Shown in pieces: positions 10,728 to 24,069 of a stretch of 64,000 nt of DNA. The DNA comes from Octopus sinensis (Eukaryota). Made by a program: the position numbers and the translations under genes. Each line of letters opens with the position of its first letter. Within the stretch, counting starts at the first letter, position 1. Under the pieces are notes generated by a model. The model was not told where the DNA came from. It did no database searches and worked only from the letters and a program-made list of their open reading frames with translations. The stretch lies in NCBI RefSeq assembly GCF_006345805.1, contig NC_043008.1, forward strand, positions 72,044,001-72,108,000, in the 5' to 3' direction.

Positions 10728-12212
10728 TTGTTAATGTGTGTGAGTCAGTGTGTGTGTGTGTGCATGAAGATCCGATAAAAATGCAAATAGAATGGGGTGG
10801 ACTAGAAAGGAAAGTGACAGTTTTATCGTTTAAGATAAAGAGTGGTTGAATACTGTCTCGAGGACACTGAATAATTATGAAGGCAAAGTTAGAATAGAAA
10901 TATTCTAAATATTAGAATATTGATGAAATATGAAAGGCGTTAACAAGAAAGAAAAAAATTAATTTAAACTTAAAACATAAACGGGTAGAAATTGCGTTAG
11001 AGAAAGAGGAGAACCCTTGTGTAAATATAAAGAGTGGTGGGGTTTGTGTAGCAATGAAAACACAGATTAGAAGGCAAATATTTTAAGCTATTCTTAAGAA
11101 AATAATGAAATTAATAAAATATCAAATTGAGCAGGAACAAAGAAAAGAATAATAAGAGAAAATATGATTAAAGCAAATAATAAGAATGGGAATTTAAATG
11201 TAAAGTGAGATAAATAAAGTGACGAAATTTAACTGTTTAAAAAAAATAAATTTAAATAACTTAAGGATAGTTCTGAATTAATGTGAGGGCAATGTCGTTG
11301 GGTTTAATGGTTAAAGAATGAAAGTAGATTCTGAAAGGTGCAGGCAGTCATAGAATGAAAGTACGGGATCGACGTAAGTCAATCGGCAGCATAATTATAA
11401 CATAACAGAAATGAAAGATTTAAGTGCGATAGGCCGTATTATAAATATATTCGCTGTAACCAAGTTAGATACTATAATCTTTACTATAACAATTATCATA
11501 ACATTAACTTACAGTATCAGACCTACTAAACAGTGTTATATACTCATACAAAAGTACACATGTATATGCATGTAAACACCAAGAACTTATACAATATATA
11601 TACATGTGTGTGTGTATGTGTGTATGCGTGTGTGTGCGTATATGTGTGCTTGTGTGTGTGTATATGTATGTATATGCATATGAGCAATAGAGAAGACCGG
11701 TATATTGGTTTAGGTAAGCTTCAGTGGAGAAATGTAAGAAACTGGCCCCAAATTCCTGCCTGTGAAGCTTAGGTTTGTAGGTTGAAGATGAGAAACTTGA
11801 TTTCTACATTGGCGTTTACGAATATGACATTAAAATATCATTATTCATGAAGCCAATTTTTCTCTTTCAGTCTTATATGTTTGGTTGACAAGTCAAAATG
11901 AATGAAGGAATATGTTCAGCAACCAATATATTCATTCTACGGACCCGCAATTGAAAAAGAAGTAGTTGAATTCATTACCGTCTGTGAACTGTAGCCAAAT
12001 CTGTTTGAACATCGAATTTCCTTATGCAAGTAAGATAAATGTATTATGATTCATGAATTTTATTCACCAAATTACAGTAACTTATCAATATTACAATATT
12101 TTTACATTGTTGGTAATGAATAGTACAAGTCATTTATCAAAATATAAACAGCAAGCGAAAGAGAACAACCATATAACGGTGTTAATGATGGCGGTTATAC
12201 AATAGTAACGTA

Positions 12213-12216
12213 ACTA

Positions 12217-12283
<67 letters not shown>

Positions 12284-12442
12284 CACTACTGCTGCTGCTA
12301 CTACTGCTGCTGCCACTACCACTAATTGTAGTAGTAGCAGCAGCAGTGGCATCAGCAGTAACAGTAGTAGTAGTAATAGTGGTGGTGGTAGTGGTGGTAG
12401 TGGTTGTAGTGGTAGTAGTAGTAACAGCAGCAGCAGCAGCAA
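12213..12442. repeat. Compound (CTA/CTG)n then (GTA/GCA)n microsatellite
   Basis: Direct reading. The two halves are roughly reverse complements. Confidence 0.9.
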
Positions 12443-12443
12443 C

Positions 12444-12890
12444 TGCCCTGATACAGTACCAAGCAGTGGCTCTCATGGTTTCTCATCTTAACTGATTGGA
12501 AGCGTTATAAAAGATGGGCTACGGAAAATATTCTGCTCAATAACACAGATTTGCTTGTTAGTTGTTTGACCTTAACCATTTGAGAAAGTCCCTTAGTGTC
12601 TGACGATGCATGCATCTATGATCACAAGCAGAAGTAGTGGGGGAGTATCATAGCCATGTGTTGAAAGGAATTCTTTGGGGTTTGGATAATTCCCCCTACG
12701 TGCGGGATGGGCTACTCGCTCTCAAATAAATTCTAATTGGGCCCCTTCATTATGGTCATGCACTGTTTATCCTGATATGAGATCACCATATCATGTGCAT
12801 ATGGTTGTGATGCATGTGCCTGGTGTATCATTATCGGATAAGTAGCCATAATGAGTATACTGGGGTTTGTATATTACCCTAATGTCACTC
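12444..12890 (+). repeat. Unclassified ~450-bp interspersed repeat family, copy A
   Basis: GATGGGCTAC..TTCTGCTCAAT..CAGATTTGC..TGACCTTAA..GCATCT.TGATCA..GTAGTGGGGGAG is shared with 15852-16030 (+), 59562-59698 (-) and 62636-63096 (-). Confidence 0.75.
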
Positions 12891-12924
<34 letters not shown>

Positions 12925-13315
12925 GGCGCAGGAGTGGCTGCGTGGTAAGTAGCTTGCTAACCAACCACATGGTTCCGGGTTCAGTCCCACTGCGTGGCAT
13001 CTTGGGCAAGTGTCTTCTGCTATAGCCCCGGGCCGACCAATGCCTTGTGAGTGGATTTGGTAGACGGAAACTGAAAGAAGCCTGTCGTATATATATATGT
13101 GTGTGTGTGTGTTTGTGTGTCTGTGTTTGTTCCCCAGCATTGCTTGACAACCAATGCTGGTGTGTTTACGTCCACGTCACTTAGCGGTTCGGCAAAAAGA
13201 GACCGATAGAATAAGTACTGGGCTTACAAAAGAATAAGTCCCGGGGTCGATTTGCTCGACTAAAGGCGGTGCTCCAGCATGGCCGCAGTCAAATGACTGA
13301 AACAAGTAAAAGAGT
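12925..13315 (+). mobile_element. tRNA-derived SINE with CORE-like segment and internal microsatellite
   Basis: A-box TGGCTGCGTGG, B-box GGTTCAGTCCC, TCTTGGGCAAGTG segment, internal (TA)/(GT) tract, and tail GGCGGTGCTCCAGCATGGCCGCAGTCAAATGACTGAAACAAG. Further copies at 41326, 46025, 48658 and 59921. Confidence 0.88.
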
Positions 13316-13347
13316 AATAATAATAACAACAACAACAACAAAAACAG

Positions 13348-13434
<87 letters not shown>

Positions 13435-14890
13435 GTGAAAACATTTCTACAGAGAGTGCATGGATTTACCAATGGAATAGTTATGAAATCCGTCTTGGAG
13501 ATGTGTGCCGAAAGAATCTTAGAAAGAGGAAAACTAGTTAGGAGTAATAATATCACACTAGATAAGAAAAATGGAATAAGTGAATTAAACCAAACACAGC
13601 AATGCAAATACATAATAATCAATGAACTAGATATGGTACAACAGACACAAATGAAAAATAAGATAAGGAATGAATTCTATAGACAAGTTAGATTAATACT
13701 TAAAACAGATCTCAATGCGTAAAACAAGATAATAGGTATGAATATTCTAGCTGCCCCTGGACACTAAATGAACTAACCAAACTAGATAGTAAAGCAAGAG
13801 AAATAATAATGGTATTTAGAACACACCACCCAAAATCTGGTGTAGAAAGGTTATATAAACAACGAGCTGTTGGTGGTAAAGGCCTTATAAAATCAGAAAG
13901 CTACTATAATTAATAACATTAAGATTACAGAGATATCTAACTCTGAAGCAAGGAATACTTGTACAAATAGCCACAAAACATGATCAAACAAAAAAACCTT
14001 TTTTTGTTTTTAAGGAAGTCGAAAAATACAAGAAATTATGGCACCTGGAAAGTATAAAGGAAATAGAGCAAGCAACAAAATCTGCTAAGGAACTGGAATC
14101 TAAACGAAGAAAGGAACTACAAGATACCATGATAAAACAAAGGACAGAAAAACACTTACATGGCAAATACTGGGATAAACTAAATAGTAAAGAAATAGAC
14201 AAGGTAAAATCCCAACAATAGTTGAGAAGCTTAGGACTCAAAGCAGTGTCTGAAGGAGTTTTAGTTGCAGCCTAAGATCACAACAACCCACCAGTAATAG
14301 ATAATGAAGGAAAATACAGTAACTGCAGAATATGTGATAACGGAGAAGAAACAATAGATTATATTGTCTCTGGTTGCTCAGTCCTGGCTAAGAAGGAATA
14401 TATCCACTGGAAGGTATGCAGACACTATGGAATTACAACTGAAAAAAGATGGTATAAACACATCACAGAATAGTTCTGGGAAAATGACAAAGCAGCTATA
14501 CTCTGGGATATGCCAGTACACACAGACAGAGAGATCCACGCTAATAGACTGGATACAATTATGAGAGATCACCAAGAAAAACAAATACCTTCAAGTAGAT
14601 GTATCAGTCCCATCTGATCAAAATAGAGACAACCCGAATAAGGAGCCTAAATACAGAAATAATCCGTATAATAGATGCATTTGACATAATTAGAATACAT
14701 ACAGATAAATACACAATCAAACCACTAGAATATACGAATATATATAACATAGAGAAAATAGCACTACTGGAAACCGCACACATCCTACGTAAACCACTTT
14801 CCATACAGTGAAAACAGCAACACCAAAACACACCACAGCGCATACCCGAGGTACACAGAGCTGCATTCGGTAGCGCAGAGAAATCACGAG
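13435..14890 (+). mobile_element. R4/Dong-clade RLE non-LTR retrotransposon, 5'-truncated and decayed (copy 1)
   Basis: Late-RT region (KYIIINELD..MKNKIRNEFYRQVRLILKTDLNA), then NCRICD..ETIDYIVSGC and ILWDMPVHTDREIHANR, ending IEKIALLETAHILRKPLSIQ. Flanked by (TAA)n on both sides. Confidence 0.85.
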
Positions 14891-14950
<60 letters not shown>

Positions 14951-14953
<3 letters not shown>

Positions 14954-15610
14954 GAGGGATTTTTAATTGCAGCACAAGACCAAAGCCTCCCCACAAGAAA
15001 TTACCAAAAACATGTAATGAAAAGAAATATTACAAGTAACTGCAGAATATGTGGAGATGGACAAGAAACAATAAATCATATTATCTCTAGCTGTCCAGTC
15101 CTGGCTAAGAAGGAATATATTCACAGACATGACAGAGTTGGAACCTACATACATTGGAAGCTGTGCCAACATTATGGAATAACAACAGAAAAAAGATGGT
15201 ATAGGCACACACCAGAAAAGGTCACAGAAAACGAGAAAGCAACCATACTCTGGGATATGCCGATACACACAGATAGAGAAATTAAGGCCAACAGACCAGA
15301 TATAGTTGTCAGAGATCATGAAGAAAAAAAATGCTTTCTAATTGATGTATCAATACCGGCAGATGACAACGTGTCTCTAAAAGAAATGGAGAAACTCTCA
15401 AAATACAAAGACCTGGAAATAGAGGTAACTAGAATGTGGAACCTGAAAACAGAAACAATTCCTATCATAGTAGGTGCATTAGGCATGATAAAAAAATATT
15501 CAGACAAATACATAACAAAAACACCAGGACTTACAAACACATATAACATACAGAAAATTGCACTACTAGGCACTGCACACATCCTACGCAGAACACTTTC
15601 CATACAATAA
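14951..15610 (+). CDS. C-terminal CCHC zinc knuckle plus restriction-like endonuclease of an R4/Dong ORF (partial, no start)
   Basis: TEGFLIAAQDQSLPTRNY, CRICGDGQETINHIISSC (CCHC), RPDIVV..CFLIDVSIP..KLSKYKDL (PD..D/E.K nuclease), then GALG. Confidence 0.88.
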
Positions 15611-15705
15611 CCATCAGAGCATCACAACAAATCACAGCACATACCCAAGGCACACAGAGCTGCGCTCGGTAGTGAAGTGAAAGCACGCCAAAAAAAATAA
15701 AACTA

Positions 15706-15709
<4 letters not shown>
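14951..15709 (+). mobile_element. R4/Dong-clade RLE non-LTR retrotransposon, short 5'-truncated copy 2
   Basis: Begins immediately after (TAA)n. Open frame to the stop at 15610, then a ~100-nt 3' UTR homologous to that of copy 1, then (TAA)n. Confidence 0.9.
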
Positions 15710-15772
<63 letters not shown>

Positions 15773-15851
15773 TAATAATAATAATGATAATAACAACATC
15801 AACAACAACAACAACAATAATAATAATAATAATAATAATATTAATAATTGT

Positions 15852-16030
15852 TATGTCTTCGTATATAAGATGGGCTACAGCAAATTTTCTGCTCAATAGT
15901 ACAGATTTGCATGTCACTTGTTTGACCTTAAACTGTTGAGCATGTCTCTTAGTGGCTGACGATATGTGCATCTCTGATCATAGTTAGAAGTAGTGTGGGA
16001 GCATCATAGCAGTGTGTTGAGAATGAATGC
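15852..16030 (+). repeat. Unclassified interspersed repeat family, partial copy B
   Basis: Homologous to 12506-12680. Directly follows a (TAA/CAA)n array. Confidence 0.65.
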
Positions 16031-16419
16031 CTTTTTTAGTCTATCAATTGATATAGTGTCTTTACGACCATTAAGGTCTCTAGTGAAAAATTTATCCATG
16101 TGTGAAAGAAAACGGAAAGGACCTGCATACAGGGCTGTTAACGGAGTTTTAACAACATCGTTGTGCACAAAAACACAAGTCCAAGAAATAAAGCTTCCTT
16201 CAAGGCAGAGCTAGAAATGCAATTATCAAGTAGTTAAGCGGTTTAAACAGGAACAATATATTCAAAATTGGTAAAACTAAAAATTGTCGAGAATAAATTA
16301 AATATATTATTGTTACTGAATATGTTTTTGTTATTTAATTCCTGAACGGTTTTGCTGCCGTTTGTTCATGTAGTTAGATTTCTTTATCCATCAGTTTCTA
16401 CTAAGACGGAGACGCGAGT

Positions 16420-16776
16420 AATATTAAGAATAGAGAAACGAAAATAAAACGCTGGAAACAATAAATCCACCATAAATTTCATGGAAACAACGAGCGTGCT
16501 TGCAAGGGAGATAATCAGAGAAAGACTTCGATGGGAACGTAAGATCGTAATACTTCATGTAAAGTAAAATAAATATAACAAATATTCCAGAATCTTTGCC
16601 CAGTACCGGATCGATTCCAAAATCTAATCATTTTGTGCCAACCACGAGGCTAAATATCATTGAAAGTTTCATCCGAATCCACCCAGGAATTTTAAAAATA
16701 CCTTGTCCATAGCCAAACAAATAAGCAAACACGATTGAAAATAATACTTCCGTCTTCGCTAAGTCGGAGGTAATCA
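16420..16776 (-). mobile_element. DINE-1/HINE-like (Helentron-associated) non-autonomous element
   Basis: Minus strand starts TTACCTCCG-ACTTAGCGAAGA-CGGAAGTA (terminal hairpin), then TTATTTTCAATCGTGTTTGCTTATTTGTTTG. The other boundary is uncertain. Confidence 0.45.
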
Positions 16777-17719
16777 TAATAATAATAATAATAATATAAT
16801 AATAATAATAATGATAATAATAATAATAATAACAACAACAACAACAGCAAGATAAATTTATTCATCGTAAATACGATGGGGTTTTTATAGATAGTTTAAT
16901 ATAGCTTTTTAAAACTGTGTGATGTTGTTTATAAATTTCTATCTCATAGCTATGCTAGTTCCAAATTATCGACACTCCTCTCAAAGATTTTATAAAATCC
17001 TATATCTTAGCTATGTAGGTCCTCCTAAAATATCTAGAGTTCTATGCATAAGCTCGCTCCCACACTGGAATTTTGGCAAGCTTACCTGCCTGCTTCCTCT
17101 TCGTCTCCCTTCCCCTCTTTCTTGCCCCCTCCTTTACCAATGGGTTCTCAATGCTGTTGAAATCATTCACACAACACGACCATTAAATAGCTGGCCCGCA
17201 AAATGTGTAATCCTTTTCTATTATTTTCTAAGTTTGCTAAATCATTAAGATGTCTATGGAATTTTATATCTGTGATTTATATATATATATATATATCATT
17301 AATCAATAAATTTAAGGGTAGCAAAAAATTCTAGAAAAATTCTCCTCTACCAGCGGTCAAGTGAGAGAGAAAAGAAAGCAAAATAGAATGTAATAGAACA
17401 CTTAGAAACAAGTGAGTAACCGTTAGCGACAAGGCAAGAACAATAAGAGCAAAAGGGCAGTTAACAGACCTGGAAATAGAAGAGATAAAGAGGTAAATAG
17501 AAAGTAGAAATAATACTTCACCAACAGATAACGTGCCCAGTGAGAACAGAAAAATTAAAGGTAGCAGTGAAGACGTAGAGCAAAGTGTAACTGTAAATAC
17601 ATTCTCAGCAAATGAAGCAGAAGTAATAGGAAGAGCTATAACACAAGAATACGATGATGCTGAACAAGACATTGTGAGGACACTGTGACGATATATTAGA
17701 AAAGACCAGGATCATGCCC

Positions 17720-18060
17720 ACCACCCCAACCTGAGGTACATTGATCGACAAGATTATCTGGGCTGCACCTATGATTGCTGCAACTAGACTTCGATATAAA
17801 AAAAAAAATAAACAAACCGTTTAGAACTATATCGGCGTAGATGAATTTGTAAGAAACAAAGTTAAAAAGACATTTAGGATAAGTTGATAGATTAAAAAGA
17901 AGAATTGGAGAACGAAAGCATAAGAATAATGCTGGAAAGAACATATAGAGAAAGAGGTGAAGTTATAATGTGATATCGGAATAATTGAAACAAAGAGTAG
18001 TAGCAACCAAAGCAAAAGTGGTAAGATGTGATAACAGAAAAGACAGTTCAGGCAAAACAG
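17720..18060 (+). pseudogene. Possible decayed N-terminal region of an R4/Dong ORF
   Basis: LKQRVVATKAKVVRCDNRK, then a frameshift to RQFRQN, resembles the pre-RT segment of R4-clade ORFs. Confidence 0.35.
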
Positions 18061-18064
18061 CTGA

Positions 18065-18470
18065 TATTTAACGTCAGGCTTGTTCCCTTGAAGATGACAT
18101 GCCGCCACTGTAGGCAGTCTTTGATATTGTGTCCCAGATATTCGGGCCAATGAAGCAACGGAGGTGAGTGGCCTTGAGCTGGTCTCAGAAACGGATTACG
18201 GGGACTCTGCATTTTCTGGTTTATCAGGCCAACCCTGCAAAGAGGGGTTGATGGAGGAGGCACGTTTTAGGTATATGTATGATGTACCCCGACCAGCGGT
18301 GTTTGTGTCGTACCACGTTGGATTCAATGCCGGCTAGCACAGCCCGGATTAGAATCTTTTCATTCATTGTAGTCCTTCCATCACATTCTCCTGATTGCGC
18401 GAAGTTTGTACTGTTGGAAATTTCCGGGTTTTCTTCATGCCTCGTCGGTACAAGACCCACAATTCAAATC
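18065..18470 (-). mobile_element. RTE LINE C-terminal fragment, decayed
   Basis: NEKILIRAVLAGIESNVVRHKHRWSGYIIHIPKTCLLHQPLFAGL and IRF*DQLKA..WDTISKDCLQWRHVIFKG match the RTE post-RT motif seen intact at ~44500-44810. Confidence 0.7.
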
Positions 18471-18539
18471 CGGGGAGGAGAGGAAAGGACTACGGCTAGG
18501 AATATCATGATAGAAATAACAATAATACTAATAATAATA

Positions 18540-18670
18540 ATAATAATAATAATCAGAAGAAGAGGAGGAGGAAGTAGAAGGAGAAGAAGAAAGGAAAAAG
18601 AAGAAGAAGAAGAAGAAGAAGAAGAAGAAGAAGAAAAAGAAGAAGAAGAGGAGGAGGAGGAGGAAGAATA
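18540..18670. repeat. (TAA)n/(GAA)n/(GGA)n microsatellites
   Basis: Direct reading. Confidence 0.9.
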
Positions 18671-18862
18671 AGAATAGCATTAATAATATTGCATTGTTAT
18701 GTTTGCCACTGGAGCATCAGATAAGGAGGTCATTACAAGTGTAGTTCACAATTTCTGTCAAAGTTTACATAAAAAGATGTGTAGAAGAAAGGGAAAGGGG
18801 AAATAAGATAAAAACAATACATAGCAATAATAATAACAACAACAACAGCAATAATAATATCA

Positions 18863-18929
<67 letters not shown>

Positions 18930-20952
18930 AAACATCCTTTCAATATTGTATGCATTGATTACCAAATGAAAATATGCTGGAACTACATCTAAAGTCTGGT
19001 GAGTTGCCTATGTTTTGTTTGCTTGTGTGTGTGTGGGGGGGTATGTGAACGATATATGTGACTTGGGTATATTTATATTTGTGTATAATTGTTGCACATA
19101 TGTGTACATTTATATATTCATGAGTGCTTGCGTGTGTACTGTACTGCGTGTGCGTGAGTGTATATGTGTATATAGAGATTTGTGCTTGTGACCCAGCTTC
19201 TATGCGGGTGTCTATATACACACATATATATATATAAATGTACATATTTGTGAGTGTGTGTGTTTGTGTGTGTATAGACACACACACTCACCCACACATA
19301 AAAACACATATGAATTTGCGAGTGTATATCTAGTTATGTCAGTTTCTCTGTGCTACTCTTAATGTCCCATATTTTAGTTGAAACGAAAAAAAAGAAAAAG
19401 AAACAATACAACGGAAAACCATGTGCAATCAGTGTAAATGAATAAGAGAAAAAAAACACTGTTCCTGCAATGTTTCAGTTGGCAAGGAAGAGTGACTGAA
19501 TGGCGAGGCTGGCAAAAGTTATCACTAAAGATAATCACGGCAGCAATTAGATACAGATAGCGCCGCAAATCAAATCAGGGAAATGAAGAAAGTAAATAAT
19601 AAATCAGACACAATGTGATTAACTTTCGAATCTGATTTGGAGATTTTTAGGATATCTTTCAAAAATAGATTCTAACCATTAATGCAATAATCCAATTGTG
19701 GGAACATTATATACAGTCTTTGTTCATATTATTTTATTTGCCGTACCACAAAGACAGAATCCACGTCTTTTTTCCTTCAACGCTGATGTAGCATCCCTCA
19801 CACTCTCTAACTCGTTTTTTTCTCTTTCTCCCATTTCCTTGAATCACTGTAATTCTCTTTGTATATAACATTATCTCTTTCAATAGCTTTCTTTGCGTAA
19901 GTGTATGTATATCTACCTACTTACACCTCTCTCACTCATTCTCCCCCACTCACTCTCTAATCAATCTCTGCCTATTTTCTCCCTCCTTCTCTGTCCATTC
20001 TGTCTCAATCTCTTATTCACTTTCTCTTACTGTCTCTCTTTCTTTTTCTCTCGCTCTCTCACGCTCACTACTTCTTGATATCACTCTAGAAATTCTATAT
20101 CTACCATCTAGCAGAAACCAATTATATATGAGAATATAGAATTTTGATTTTCCTTGTTTCTTAAAACAGCAGAATTTATACCAAAATTTATTCCTGCCTA
20201 AATTTACCATGCGTTTTCAATATTTGGCAGATTACTATTTATATTCTTGAATTTAATTTTATTTTCCCGCAATTTCGACTCCAGCCACATATTTCATTCT
20301 GACACTGCTTTTTGAATTATGGTCTCTGAAACCCAGAAGTGGATATATTTTACTTTTAATTGTTTTTTTCCAATATAGTGACTTCTTTCTCATGTTCATT
20401 GGCAAAACATACCCATATTTCTTCTTACATGTGTTTCCTTTGGCATCGTTCTTCACTGCCCTTCATCTTCTATTTCTTTCTTCCAAGACGTGCCTGTATC
20501 TAGTATATTTCGTACCAAATTTTCCCAACAAATTTCTAAGATGATTCAGGTAGTGAACTGGCAGAATCGTTATTGCGTCGGACAAAATGCTTTGAAATAC
20601 TGCTGTAGTCGACTTTACTGTGCATACTTTTGGGATCGATAACATAAGTACCGATTGAATACTGGGGTCTATTTACTCATTTGGACGGAAAAAATATGAA
20701 TTCTGTTGACGGAGTCAGAACATCATTCGTCAGAGACAAGTGAATTTTGGAAGAGCAGCCTTGCATGTCCACAAGATAGATGGAAGATCGTTGTAGAAAA
20801 TGAAGCAGAGTATATCTTAGATTAAAAAAGAACTTTGTTTATCTTAATTTTAATTTTGAATAATAAAAGAAGTATAAACAAACCACATCATTTATGGGGT
20901 GACTCAATATTTCTACCATATCCATCCGGGAATATAATGCCATGAAGCAACT

Positions 20953-21188
20953 AATATTGTTTCATATTTCGGCACAAGGCCAGCAATTTCGGGAAAGGAG
21001 TAAGTTTGGTTCGTTGCCTATGTGTTAATGTGTGACACCAGTGCTCAACTGCTACTTATTTTATCGACCTGAAAAGGATGAAAGGCAAAGTCGACTCCGT
21101 TGAGATTTTAACTCGGATGGTAAAATCGGACAAAATGCGCTGACCACTTTGCCCAGCGTGATAAAGATTCTGCTGGCTCACCACCTTA
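20953..21188 (-). mobile_element. SINE with Nin-like domain
   Basis: Minus strand contains GACTTTGCCTTTCATCCTTTTCAGGTCGATAAAATAAGTAGCAGTTGAGCACTGGTG. Confidence 0.65.
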
Positions 21189-21637
21189 AATGGAGTAGCT
21201 ATTATCAATTCTTGAACTATTTAATGCATACAAGACATAAATCAAACTTTGGCCAACAACATATTGTCAAAACTGTCTCTGAAACTGAGTGACTCTCTGA
21301 TACCATTTTAGTGGTATAAGGTTGACCAAAAATATATGTTAACACCTGGTTGGAATGCGAGGTTGTTTTAAACAATATTCCCTTATGATGTAGAAAATAA
21401 ATTTTGGCTAAATTAGATGCTGTTAAAATGAAGAGGCCTAGATAGAAACAAAAACTGCAGAAGGCTTGAACACTTAACCAAAGAACCGTATAAAAATTCT
21501 GTCATATTTAAGACATTTTCCATCTAACTTTTACGCAAGTACCGGTAATATACTATGATATTATAGCTAGCACTGTATTTCAAAGGAAAGACGAAATTAA
21601 CTCGGTATATTTATTCAATATGATCAACCGCATTATT

Positions 21638-21858
21638 AAGGTAGCGGGCGGGTAGAATCGATAACACGTTGGACAAATGCTTATCAGCATTTCTTCTAGT
21701 TCTGTATATTCTGAGTTCAAATACGTGAAGTTCATCTTTGTCTTCCATCCTTTCGAGATCAGTAAAGTAAAGTACTGGTCAAGTGCTGGGGCGGTGTAAT
21801 CGGCTATTCTTTCTCCACTGAAGTTGCTGCTCTTGAGCCAAATCTTAAAAGAATTAAT
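21638..21858 (+). mobile_element. SINE with Nin-like domain (diverged)
   Basis: TCTTCCATCCTTTCGAGATCAGTAAAGTAAAGTACTGGTCAAGTGCTGGGGCGGTGTAATCGG. Homologous to 20953-21188. Confidence 0.6.
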
Positions 21859-22180
21859 ATCAGCATGTAGCGACACCTGTTATCCAGTAAATATCATGCT
21901 GAGAATTAGTTCGCAAGTCCTCTCGCAAGATAAACAGTTTCGATCTCGTAATATTTGCTAATATTTGAAGCCACAGAGATGAATCTGAAAGAAGTAGTAT
22001 TTATTCTTTTCTTCTTTAGAAACGGAATATATAATGCATCCACTATAATTTATCGGAGAGTACGACTTGCAAGGAATCTGTTGAAAAATATCTTAATTGC
22101 TCTTGCGTGAGTCATTCGATAGCACTGCGTACTTTGTGAACGGTTGCTCGGGAATTTAGATATATGTTATTATTTATATA

Positions 22181-22378
22181 GCACGTCGACAAAAATTCTT
22201 AGAGGCGTTTCGTTCACCTTTAGGTGCTGCATCCAATTTCTGCCGAGGTCATCTTTGGTTTTTATCCTTTCCAGTTTGGTTATATAAATACTAGTTGAAC
22301 ACAGGGATTCACGTAATCAACTTACCTCCTCCTCCTCCTCCTAAATAGCTGGACTTGTACTAAAATTCGAAACTATCA
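22181..22378 (+). mobile_element. SINE with Nin-like domain (diverged)
   Basis: TCTGCCGAGGTCATCTTTGGTTTTTATCCTTTCC...AGTTGAACAC. Same family as above. Confidence 0.55.
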
Positions 22379-22456
22379 TTTACACCGATGAATCAATATA
22401 TTTATATATATATGTATGTTTTATATATATATGTATTTTTATTATATACTTTATTA

Positions 22457-22973
22457 TATTGGGTTGTCCGGAAAGTTCGTGCCGATTTAAAGTAGCTTAC
22501 TTTTCGACTTATTTTAGAACATGTTTGAGTCCATAAAATAGGATTTGACTTCACCTCAATTTAGAGCACAGTTTAAGCTATCTTTTCTTGGAAGATAAGA
22601 AAGTTAATTTTCGGCACTTGATACTTTGGGAACCAGACAAAAATTGCTGCAGCTCGGTTGGGATGTGCTACCCCACTCTCCATATTCACCAGATATTGCT
22701 CCTTAGGATTTCCACTTATTCAGATCTCTGCAGAATAGTTTTAATGGTAAAAATTTCAATTTCTTGGATGACGTAAAAAGATACATTGATAAATTCTTTG
22801 CCATGAAACCACCTCAATTCTGGGAAGAGGGTATTTTCAAGTTAAAGGAAAGATGGAGACACATTGTGCAACTAAATGATTCATATTTGGTTGATTAAAG
22901 ATGTAATGGCAAGTATTTATTGACCTTTATCTTTCCTTTAAAAATCGGTACGAACTTTCTGGACAGCCCAATA
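22457..22973 (+). mobile_element. Internally deleted mariner with intact TIRs
   Basis: 32-bp TIRs TATTGGGTTGTCCGGAAAGTTCGTGCCGATTT / AAATCGGTACGAACTTTCTGGACAGCCCAATA (3 mismatches). Retains the transposase C-terminus KLLQLGWDVLPHSPYSPDIAP*DFHLFRSLQ..LKERWRHIV. Confidence 0.93.
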
Positions 22974-24069
22974 TTTTGCTACATATAAATTTCCAAACGC
23001 ATATGTTCGTGTTAAGCATGCAAATGTATGTGTGTGTGAGTGCGTGCATGTGTGTAAGTATATTTATACTTATATACATGTAATGAATTCCACATCAGAA
23101 GCACTTTCAGACAAGTTGCCATACGCGTTAAAGAACCCTTTTATGTTAATGCTTCTTCCGTAAAAATCACCAAACGCCACACTCAAGACATCAAAGTTTC
23201 CATTGACACTATAGAAACAAACTCTAGGAACTTGAGAAAAGCAAAAATAGAATGTAATACAAAGAATCTTAAGAAGAAAAGCCCAGGGATTAATAACAGA
23301 TCTGAATTGCACACACGAAAACGACCCTTCAAACACACAGATACTATAAATCAGAGACATTATCTATCAACATCTTTCCCCAGTAAATTCCCTAAAGAAA
23401 GAATCATAACCATTCAACGTTGAAATACGAGATAAAAGTACTAAGCATCGAACTGTTTTATTAATTTTTATAGCTTGCATTTTTTGCCTTTAAAAATAAT
23501 CAAACCGTATACATGCATGTGAATGTATATATATATATATATATAGGTGTGTGTGTGTGTGTGTATGTGTGTGTGTGTGCGTGTGTGTGCTTGTGTGCGT
23601 GTGTGTATGTGTGTGTGTATTTATTGTTTAATAAGCACAATATATATTTCATGAGATATATTTCATGCGATTATAACGACATAGACATCAATTTATAACA
23701 TGTCTGCTGCCTGCATACAAATTTATACTATACTCATATGGCGTATACAAGCTAAATCAAGACGATAAAATAAAGGAAAATACGAGAAAACGCAAGAAAG
23801 TGCATGCGAAATGTGAAAGGGTGAAAAGAAAATCACCGGCAAACGGAAGGGTAAGGAAAAAATGAGGGGAATTAGAGTTATATCCACTTTGAACGTAAAA
23901 TCATTATATGACTGAACGGATGGGGTCTAGAATCTGAGATACAGACACTCAATTTGGGGATGGTTTTGATTTCCAATTCGCTAAGAAAAACTTCCCCATA
24001 TGGTTGCATACCCTGAAAATTTTAGATCTGGAATTCAGCAGTGCAATGGCGTTCTTTGATCCGACAAAT

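Noticed and set aside
20230-20640. Possible further Dong N-terminal remnant on the minus strand
   Set aside because: Similarity (HVLEERNRR..) is too weak to call without a profile search.
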